From contig NC_043004.1 in NCBI RefSeq assembly GCF_006345805.1, positions 19,902,001-19,966,000 of the forward strand: a stretch of DNA of 64,000 nucleotides, given 5' to 3'. Below the pieces are notes generated by a model. It was not told where the DNA came from and ran no database searches. It saw nothing but the letters and a program-made list of their open reading frames with translations. Each line of letters begins with the position of its first letter. The first letter of the stretch is position 1. This stretch comes from Octopus sinensis (taxonomy: Eukaryota). Positions 53,590-64,000 of this stretch are shown here, piece after piece. Both the position numbers and the translations under genes were made by a program.

Positions 53590-55200
53590 TCTGTGCGGTA
53601 GTTTTCCCTCAACATTTTATACCCCGTAGCGTGTCTGCAGGAATTTAAAAGCTCTGATCTTTTGCTCATTGTGTTTTTACCCTGGAACAGGATGAAGATC
53701 GTTTCAGTCAGACACAAATTGCACCTCATTGGGCGTCAATATGATCCATGCTTATATGGGGCTATTTTCTCAAAGATTGTCCAGCTGATTTTGAAAGGAC
53801 GTTATCATTTTCTTTCAATTACCAGACATGCTTAGCGAGACTCGTTTCTGTCCTATTTTCGGAATATCAAAATGAATTTCGCTGGAAATATGAGCTAGTC
53901 TTCCAGACATTTTCCAAAGCTCCTGTATCTCTTGTATTCTTGTGAGCCATCTATTTATACCTTAGCGCTATAAACATTTCCTTTCTCAAGGCAATTTCCT
54001 CCAAACGGACAGCAATTTTTTGTCTTTACAATTGTAATTCCTTTGGTTATTTCCGGTAATGTGTTTGCTCCTAATAGTTTTCGTGTTGTGAGGGTTAATT
54101 AAAGAGGTGAAGCTCCTGCAACAAGAATAGCTAACCTTCTCATATAAACAATTCTATAGAACTTATGGATTTCTTGAAAGTGCTTAGAATCTAATTTCAA
54201 GAATTCTCTACTTATATCAATTTTTAATATAAATTCCGGATCAAATGACAAAACCTTCCTAGTTCTAGTTCTATGTCTTCTATTATTGTTATTACGGCTT
54301 TGACTATAATGGATCTTCTTTGATAATCGACTTTTCTTTAGTGCATTATTATAATAAGGCGCGGTATTTTGAAAGGCTGTTTCGTTTGAAGATGTGGATT
54401 ATATGCGCCTTCCTGTATTACTAACTATATTCTTAAGTATTACGGGTGGATGATTTGTCTCTTTGTTAATATAATGTAGCTTTTCATTAGGCGTACAATA
54501 GGGTCTAAAATAATATAATTGCAAATCTAGGTCAATACCTAAAAAGATCATTATTTAGGTTAGTATCTATCGTTATCCGTAAATCCATTCTTTGGAAGAA
54601 TGACAGGTGACTACAAGACCGTAATCCCTGTATAATACTGCATCTGTAAAAAGAAATTCTAGATGAAGGTTATGCAAAATATAAGGTCTTATAAGCATAA
54701 TTAACTCCGCCCCATCCTGTTCCCCCATCGGTACATGGAATAAAGTATCCTCGCTTTTTACGCCCAGGTGAAATCATCGTGAAAAAGGGGGGATTTCTTT
54801 GCTTGCAGGATAATATCTATATCCGAACTGTTGACAGTGACATATTGATGGCGAAGTCTAATGCCTTAAGAATTAAAGGCCTGGATATTGACGGTAAAAA
54901 ATCGACAATATCGATCTGTTTAAATCTGAAGTTACATTTATGGCTAATTCCCTTGAACCAATCTATAATTAACTTACTATTTCCACAAATCCGTAAATTT
55001 AATTCTCTATTTAGGTTTCTTAATGTATTTCTGCTAATAATGCCAATTTCTGTTTTAGCTGGGTTGATTAGTCTACATTTAGGGTTTCTACTGAAATTAG
55101 CTTTATGGTCCTTCACAGTAATAAAGCTTGACTTTACACATAAGAGCTTCGATGTATCTTTTTGCTTGGATATTTTAGGAACTCTATTTTCAGATCACTT
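53590..55200 (-). mobile_element. Degenerate Penelope-like element (RT + GIY-YIG)
   Basis: Minus strand KDHKANFSRNPKCRLINPAKTEIG, IDIVDFLPSI, PMGEQDGAEL, LYRDYGL (cf. LYRDDGL), RKVLSFDPEF (cf. WFNPPY) and C-terminal CNLCLTETIFILF..KRSELLNSCRH. Confidence 0.9.
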
Positions 55201-55739
55201 TCTCTCTCTGTTTCTCTCTTTATCTTCCTTCCACCACTTCTTTTTCTCTCTCCCAACACTTCGTAATCTGATTCTTTTTCTAACTTGTAACAATAAAGTT
55301 GTACTTTTAGAACATATTCACGGAGACGTGTGCATATAAATATGTGTGTAGCTACCTATATATCCATTACTATATATATATATATCTACTGATATTTATA
55401 TTTTGCCTGTATATGTTTGTATATATGTACGTGTGCATGTATCAGCGTTTGTATGTTTAGTGTACATATGTATGCATATGTCTTTAATGTGTGTATGTAT
55501 AAGTAAATGTTAGTTGTAGATGAATAGCGTGTTTCTATTTTTATGCCGTCAGATTTTTGCAAGTGAATATTATTATAAGAAACTTTACATTTATTTTAAC
55601 TAAATTTACTTGACCATTAGTTAATTTTCCTGGGTATATATGTTTTTCGTTCTAAATGAAGCTACATTTTGATTTAAGGTTTTTGTGGATTTTACATTAT
55701 ATGAATTTTAAACCTTTTATTCTCCCCGCAATGTTTATC

Positions 55740-56450
55740 ATGTTCTTGTCTTTACAGGCACTTTCTATGCATCTCATGACGTAGACTACAGCATAAGGTG
55801 CATTTTAGTTCTACAGTTAATGTCAGGGTTAATCTTACATACCATGCAATTACCACTGGTGCACGTGGTAATCTCAAAGGTGTACGTCCTGCATAGTTGT
55901 GATCTGATGGAGCTCCCTGGCTTTTCAACGATAGTAATGTTGAGTTTGGCTTCCTTCAGAGTTTTCCTAAATCTTCAGGTTAGTTTTCCATTAGACGTGG
56001 CCACCACAAACATCACTCCTTGACATTTTTCGGTCTTGTGCCACGTGTTGACCCTGTTTCCTTCGTCGCAAACTCTTTGTATCTTATTCCACTATTTACT
56101 TCTATATTTAGGGCAGGTACCACTGGCTTCATTACATATAATGCTATCTAACTTATTTCTAGCTTCCCTGTATACGCGAACCCTGTCTTTCTGCTCATAC
56201 CAACAGAATTTTATGCCGTGCATGAAGTTCTGTATATGTTTCTTTGTTTCAGAGGGATCACCTTGTGAAGACACGTCGTTAATTATCCTAAGTTTGCTAT
56301 CAGTATGTTGACTTTCATGTTGTGTCACAAACCTGAGTTCTTGTGAACAACATATTTCGAAGCTATGGGTTTCATGTAATAGGAGTGGAAGAGCTGCTCC
56401 GTTTTTCACAATCTCTATCCAAAATTCAATACCAAAGACATGGAGTCTAT
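55740..56450 (-). mobile_element. Second PLE family fragment (Neptune-like, Cys-rich linker before GIY-YIG)
   Basis: QNFMHGIKFCWYEQKDRVRVYREA...GTCPKYRSK, VMFVVATSNGKL, IVEKPGSSIRSQL and CTSGNCMVC...NC. Confidence 0.7.
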
Positions 56451-56842
56451 TTTTAGAGTGCTTAGTGTGACAACCTATAGTTACCTTGATACTTTGGTAG
56501 ATGGAGTTAGCTGCTTACTGGATGCTCTTCATTATGCTTCTCTCGGATTCTACATTACAGTTACTAGACTTTGCCCTAACTAGAATATTAATGTTATCTA
56601 CATACCTACAGTAAAGCAAAAAGAGTTGTGGATTGTTCCGCTAAGGATTGTTTAAGTTTTCAGTCCCTCCAGGTCATGAAGATGCCGGTCACATCTCCAG
56701 GCACACCGACATCAGTGGCTGTATATTGAACTTGCATATATAGTTACCTGGTAAACTTTCTAACGTGGTTCTTCAATACAAAAACAATATTGTGTGTGTG
56801 CGTGCATGTGTGCATGTATGCACGTATATATATATAATATGT

Positions 56843-56922
56843 CAGGTCACTTTCGAGTGCTATTGGTAACATGTAACCCAGTACAACCTGTTGCATGGTC
56901 GGGTCGTCGGCGACTAAACCGG
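56843..56922 (+). ncRNA. Degenerate HDV-like ribozyme fold
   Basis: P2 CAGGT/ACCGG (1 mismatch), P3 CAC/GTG, GGTAA junction, P4 CATGTAAC/GTTGCATG, C-TAA J4/2 at 56914-17; P1 5' strand and L3 degenerate. Confidence 0.45.
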
Positions 56923-57240
56923 CAACCTCACCAAACTTGCTTGGTGAGGAGGGTGTTTATTGGACACCCTGCAGGATGAAAAACAAAACCCGTCAAAGGG
57001 CGGAGGAACTCTTGAGAGTCACCGGCCATCCAATAAATGTCTTAAGGGTGTATCATGCGCGGGGACATAGAAATAATCGGACTGAATACTCGAAGGACTC
57101 CTAGCTTTTGTCAGAGCATCCTTCTAGGAGAAGATAACTCAGGTAACTGGGATAACTCCGACAGAAAATCTGCGGTTCAGTGGTTACCGATGATGTTGAC
57201 TTGTTCTTCTTTTCGGATAATGGCTGCTGCTACTTAGTGA
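56843..57240 (+). mobile_element. RTE-like LINE 5' UTR fragment
   Basis: GC-rich structured leader (CCTCACC/GGTGAGG and GGGTGT/ACACCC hairpins; CCCTGCAGGATGAAAAACAAAACCC) of the kind seen at RTE 5' ends, with an HDV-like motif at its start. No ORF evidence, so the clade call is tentative. Confidence 0.5.
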
Positions 57241-57689
57241 GTGCGATTGACTCAGTGCACAGCCTTTCCTGACTTAAAAAAATTTCTTGCACAGGCATTG
57301 CACGATAACAACATTGATTAAGCTTCGTGCATTGGCCATACTCGATAACGAGGAGGGAAGCCACCATATAGATAATATGTAATGCGGAATCTTAATTTTT
57401 TAATCTCATATTCTGTTGCAAATGTTCACGAAGTCACTCTAAACATTTATGAAAGTACGTGCATAATGTAGAAATAATTTTATCAGGCATCGTAGAAAAA
57501 GATTTCAACTATTAAGTAATAAAATACAACGAATAGGAATGTAAAATGCTGTTGTGTGACGTTCCATTAATGAAGTTTGTAGATTTTGAGTTGAGAATGG
57601 TTGAAGAAATCCAAATTGTATAGATTTTGACGGTGGCTAACAATTAATGATGTCAGTATTGTTCTCATTTTTAAAAGCAACAATTACTA

Positions 57690-57750
57690 CAACTACTATT
57701 ACAATTATTACTATTATTATTATGATTATTATTATTATTATTATTATTAT

Positions 57751-57806
<56 letters not shown>
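57690..57806. repeat. Compound (TTA)n(AGT)n microsatellite
   Basis: Direct reading. Confidence 0.95.
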
Positions 57807-57807
<1 letters not shown>

Positions 57808-59079
57808 TGCTGCTTTTGTTACAACTATGAATCTCACAGGATCAGTTACATTTATATGGATCCAACGTAGACACAAATGGCAATTGAAAATCCATTTCCT
57901 ATCACAATAATGGAATTAAACTTGTGAGTTATACCCCCTATATAACAATATGTACTCGGTTCATAAGGCAGGGGAATCCCGCCCATCAACTCTCAGTTAT
58001 AAAGCGATTACTGGAACGTATAAATCTATCTTTAACAATACTTCGCAGAAAAGATCATCGAGTTTTATCGATTCCCTACTTGCAGACCACCACGCTAATG
58101 AATTTCTCTCGGTTGTGTATATGACAAACGATTCACTCGCTATTCTTATGCAGCAGCCAAAAGAAAGCTGTGAAAATAATAATGTAAAATCCGTATCAGA
58201 TAAGCAAATATTCAAATATGACAGATCTGCAACGGGACGGAACCACGTAGTCTCGTAACGGTTATTGTATTTGGGATTTTTTGTTATAGAACATCTCCAA
58301 GTTAGATACTGATTTGGAGCTGATGACAACATAAGTGTTTTTAGTGATAGTACAATGATTGTTTATATTGCTCGTATACCTGGGGTTTTGGTTGCTACCG
58401 CTGGTGTAGCTGCTTTTGCTTCACCTGAAACATGATGATGGTAATGATGATGGTGGAGGTAGTTAAAAATCATTTAAAGGAAAAATAATAAACAAGGAAT
58501 GAACAAGATCTGGTGATTCCATCTTGAGGCGTTGAGATTCTGTCATAATTTGTGACATTAGCAAAAGTTTACTCCGTGTGCAAATGTCATTTTAATTTCT
58601 CTTATCCACTTCTTCTAAAACGTCCTGAGAGTAAATTGCAATTCCGAACATCTTCAATACTCTTCATTTAATAATCTAATGAAGAATACATTGAAGAAAT
58701 GGAAATGCCATTGAACCATTTTTACAAATTAACGAATATCTATGTACATATTCTATCTTTAAATTTTACTTGTTTCAACCATCTTATTGAAGGCATACTG
58801 GAGCAGCGCCTGGAGGAATATTAGTTGAACTAATTCTGTTGATCTCGTTTGTCAAACCCCTAGGATACGGCAACATAAACATACCAACAGCGGTTGGGGA
58901 TCAAAGATATAAACAAGCACACATATACACAAAAACACAAGAACATACGTATATGACGAGTTTCCTTCAGTTCCCGTTTACCAAATCCTCTGTGTGTGCA
59001 ATGCGTCGCTGTATTTCTATTCATTCCTCGAAAATAATCACAAATTTGACTTTATCTACATAATAATGTGCTTGTTATT

Positions 59080-59450
59080 GTATATCATGTGTTTCATTGC
59101 ATTCCTGTCTCGACCATGCTTTGTTGATGTACATACCCTATGCATTTCCTGATCTCAATATATTGGCTTTTGCCTAACATATTGTACTATTCAAATTAGT
59201 GCAACTATTTTGTCAATGATCGTGATTACATTCCTTTATAAACAATATTGTTATCGATATCATCATAAATATTATGAAATTTGTTATTATTTCCTCCACT
59301 ATCATATATATTCTTGATTGTGTCCTCCTTTTAAAACAGTATGGATGGTATCCCAAATGCTGATGTAATATACAGCGGAATCAGCACATTTTCTTTTCAC
59401 GTCCCTATTTTCAATAGAATGGTTTACATTTATACGTCTATTAAGTCTGA
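59080..59450 (-). pseudogene. Possible Ginger/KRBA2-like integrase remnant
   Basis: Minus strand DVKRKCADSAVYYISIWDTIHTVLKGGH and STKHGRDRNAMK loosely resemble YYV..FD.IH..H...GHGGRDRM; many stops. Confidence 0.3.
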
Positions 59451-61324
59451 ATATAATAAAGGATATCTAAAATGTGAATTAAGGCAAAACATTAATTTCT
59501 AAAATGAGGTTACCAATATAATTTAACAAGTTGTTCTAATCAAATTCTTAACTTAATTTAGTTGCTGTGTCATAAAACGATTTACTATCTAAGGAAAGTA
59601 CACTTCACTAGTTCCAAGAATGTTTATATATCTGCAGGAGATCTAAAATAATCGAGATGAAAATATATAAATAAGTACTTAGCGTAGTCAGCAAACTGCA
59701 AAGATTGAACTCAATCATCACTGTATTGCCTAACCTCTATTTTTGATAATAATCTTAAAGGTGTTCTACCCTCCATTCTTGAACCTAATTATTATATTAA
59801 TTAAGCTAAATGGAATTAACTAGCCTTTATTGGCTCAATTACGATAAAAGTGTCTACAGAAAAATATAAAAAATCATCACTGATCTAGAGTTCAACAGAA
59901 TTAAAAATATTCCAGTGTTCCAAAGTGAATAATGGAAAGAAATAAAATCTCCAGTTTATAGTCATTCAAATGCCACAAAAGTTGTCAAATCTCGTCTAAA
60001 TACCACCTCTTCGTGGATTATACATCTGTATTAAACAGGAATGTAAGGTGTGCGTTAATCCACGACTTCACGACAGAAATTGCAACCACACGACGATATA
60101 GCATGTGAATAGAGAATATACACACTGGTTATTATGATTTTAGATACATACAGCCACGTTAAAGAAACAAAAAAGGTTTTGACGGCAATGTTCAGTCTTT
60201 ACTCATCGGTCTTCTGAAAGAGTAACTAAAAATAAAAAATAACAATAAACAACAAACAGAATCTATCAAAACTTCATTCAACTATTCAAAACCGAGTTTC
60301 TAACATTATAGGTCTAATTTTGGCAGCAAAACTTTAACTCTGTCGTCATTCTTGTGAATTTTTGCTTCTTTTGAAACGGATTCTTCCCCTTTGTGAAATG
60401 TTTCTACCCTAGGTAATTCTTATAAAAATCGCTTCTTATTGTTTCCAAGATAATATGATTTTAATTCTTTAAGTCTTGCGTTCATCGTTTTGATGGTAGT
60501 TTCTATTTAGATTTTTTTCCTTTCTTATTTTGTAACTACCAACCGACATACTAAATGGTCGTTTGAGGCATATTTTATTCCTAGCTGTTATCGCCTTTCA
60601 AGAGCGACTTACAATAAAAATACCCCCATTTTTAACAGCTCCACACAACGCAGAATATATATATATATTCTTTCCAGCCTTAAGTCTGGAACAAACGGAA
60701 AATTCAAAAATTGTTAAGCATTATTTATTCACCATTACACGTTTCTTTTGCTAATACACGTTGGATGAATATGTAAACAATTTCTTATTAAAAAGTATAA
60801 AGAGCAAATCCAGTAGTAGAGAAAAGGGGAGAGAGAGTTTCCTTTACCACTTGCTTTGATTTTTGTCTTTTCCCCCAAATATCTATACGACGTCTTATTA
60901 CTAACTCTATATAAACACCTGTAAAATTTTATTATTTGATCTCTGTCACAACATTTTTTTTAATAAGAAATTTTCTTCATGTTTATCCAAAATGATGATC
61001 TTGTACAACTTGATGATTCCTTTTAGCAAATGAAACATATTTACTGGTCAATGAATAGTAACAACAATTTTCTAAAATCTTATTTGGTTATACAATAACT
61101 CTCCAAACAATATTTCTAGAATTTTCAACTCTAATATGAACCTCATATCAATACAACAACTACAGCATCTAGATATTGGATTCTGATACTGGAATAAGCA
61201 AATGTGCTTGGATTTTCCCTACTTTTATATATATATATATATAATATATGTATTATATTATATACATACATACTTACATATCTATAAACATATGCAAGAA
61301 TACATACAAACATACATTCATATT

Positions 61325-61445
<121 letters not shown>

Positions 61446-64000
61446 CTTGCAATTTGATATTTATCTCCAAATCTATCTGTATTCCGTATTATATATAGAC
61501 AGAATAGGAATTTTCATGACATTTCAGTAATTCTGTAGAGACTTATTAGTATAAATCAAATGATGTGACTGGAAACTCGAAACTGATTTGCAACCTGAGC
61601 TTATTTAAAGCTTCTTTACGGCGCTCACCCAATTCTTACTTCTATTAAATGTACTTTTTTGTTACTCTACCGTAGGTTTTTTCTATTTTTGTCGCTCCCA
61701 TGTGTAACAGTAAATAAGCGATAAATGTCTATACAGGTAAATGTAATAAGATTCTTCACACGTTTTAAAGTAGAAATGTGATTTAAGAAAAACAAAGCAT
61801 GAAAATAATATGGAATTCAGGAAAAGGGTAAATAAATGAGAAAAAGAAGTGGACTTCCAGAGAAACAAAGAAATTAAGGCGGAGGAAGAGAAATAGAAAG
61901 AAAAATGTATGAAAAATGTGATGAAAGAAATGCAAAAGTGCAATGGCTAAAAGAAGTTAAGTAAATGTAAACCAGTAAAGCTGCGGAAAGAAAATAACAA
62001 AAAGGAGGAATTTAAAAAATAACAAACTAATTAAAGAGAAAAATTTAAATGCCTACTAGACATATTAGGCAGAAACTTTGAGATAAATGAGAACAAAGTT
62101 AAATGCACTGAAAAAGAAAGAGAAAGCTATGGACATAGGCAAAAAGAATAACGAAGAAAGAAGGTATATTTGATGATGGAAATGAATAATTGCAGAAAAA
62201 ATATGAAAATAAAGGATAAATGTTTGAAAATTAAGAATACAAATGAAAGAAGCAAGTATGAAATACATACATACATACATATGTACGTTCGTACATACGT
62301 ACATACATACATACGTATATATATAAATATATATACATACATACATATATATATATATATACAAACGTGCACACATGCATACATACATTCATACATACGC
62401 GTGAATGTGTGTGCGTGTTTGTGAAGGAAAAAGAATATACAAAAGAGTGCTTACAGCAGTTTCTCGTTTCCATGTTACAATAGTAAATCCGAGATTATTG
62501 CAGCAGATGTTCATTTTATAAGATTTAACGAGATTTTAAGTTATGAAAAAAAAAAGACAAATGAAATGCTAAATCTGATATGAAATATCATGACCTCTAT
62601 TTAAAAAAATAGTTCGTGGATAATGCCGTTGCCCTTTAGCTCCAGGCAAATCCTAATCGAACACACTTATGATCAAAGTAATTTTATCCCTTACCATATT
62701 GTCTTTTTTATGCATCGTATATCAGCTATGTCTGTAGTTGTGGCAGGGATCAGCCACCCGTCATTAATCACTGGCTGGCGACTTCACATCAGGAGGTTTA
62801 AATTTTATAAATTATTGTGGTGCATTAAACGTTTCCTAGTTTTAGGAGGGTGTTAAGACTACATTTTTATACACCGCAATAAACATTACATAGTATTACA
62901 TAATACAATACATCCTTTGCTACTAAATGTGATTCAAAGAAATCTGGGTACAATTTCTAGCAGTTGGTTCGACAGTTGCACAGCCGTAATTAATGAAAGG
63001 TATTAATACCAATCAATTTAATGTGTTTTTGTATTAGCTAATAATTGGATGAAAATAAAACATTTTTACGAAAAAATTTTAACTGTAGCAACTTCCATGA
63101 TTATTGTATAAAAATATTTCAGTTTTCATAAGAGTGAGACCTGGAAAGGTGAAGAGCTCACATATGATCCTGTAGTTTTAGATTGGGTAGAAAAAAAGCA
63201 GGACTAAATGAACATCAGAGTAAATAAATATCACATGAGAATAACACAGCAAATCATACTCATAATAGAAAAGCGAGTCACTCTCTCAGTGATTGTGACA
63301 GGTAAGTCAAGGTGTGTGAACGGTATCGGATTTAACAGAACGAATGCACGTATACTGGGATATAGATTTGGGTATCCATATGCCGTGCATGATGTAAATC
63401 CTCTCTAAGTCCGATGAAAAAAAACATTTCTCACCACCATTGTAGATATGAAGGCTACACACCGTCAGGATAGATAAAAAAAAACTATAAAACTCAGAAG
63501 GCTCAGAATATGTCTGGTCTGAAATATATATTCACTTCGGTTTCTATGGTCTTCTGTATGAATCACCAGGGTGATCTGTGATCTGGAATCGTGTGCGTGT
63601 ATGCGTGTGTTGTGTGTATGAGTGAGTCAGAGTTTGAAGATAAATATCGCAGATAAGGTTTAAGTAAAGAGTTCACCAGCTTCTGTACAATTTTTTGCAC
63701 ATGTTTGATCGTCGAATCATTAAGAGAACACGAATATCTCAATATCACGCTATTTTTGCATCTGCAATAAAAGATAACGTAAGGAAACACAAGGGTAACT
63801 TCCCTTAGACAAATATATTAGTTAGGGATTTACCAAAAGAAATGAAATGGATGTTTTAAATTTAAACGAATCCATACATTCCCTAGTTTCATGAGTCTAA
63901 ACTGTAATGTGTGGCATGTAAATTTGCGAGAAGGGATAGAATATGAAGCTATAGTGACTGAAATCTTCAATTTGCTATCACTCTTTGTTGGATTTCATTT

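Overview
AT-rich eukaryotic, transposon- and microsatellite-saturated DNA. The SINE families, the (TA)n/(TAA)n/(CA)n load and the TE mix look like an octopus (coleoid cephalopod) genome; this is inferred from repeat recognition, not proven. I could not identify any host protein-coding gene, and most ORFs in the track are microsatellite or TE artefacts. Recognisable elements: three SINE families (one CORE-like); R4/Dong-like, HERO-like, RTE and L1/Tx1-like LINE fragments; three Penelope-like element (PLE) remnants; a full-length but frameshifted mariner; a maT/Tc1-like deletion derivative; and a tandem non-autonomous Helitron. The standout is a set of candidate self-cleaving RNA motifs. (i) A near-identical 600-bp head-to-tail repeat (51581-52821) in which each unit carries an intact type I hammerhead ribozyme fold, i.e. 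a retrozyme-like candidate circular-RNA element. (ii) An inverted pair of a second hammerhead family (14798-15483). (iii) A third minimal hammerhead family with a CCGANGA core (12313-12358, 20418-20460). (iv) An HDV-like fold at an RTE 5' end (56843-56922). The window also holds many fold-back inverted repeats and a ~1.9-kb old inverted duplication. All alignments and folds were done by eye; none was computed.
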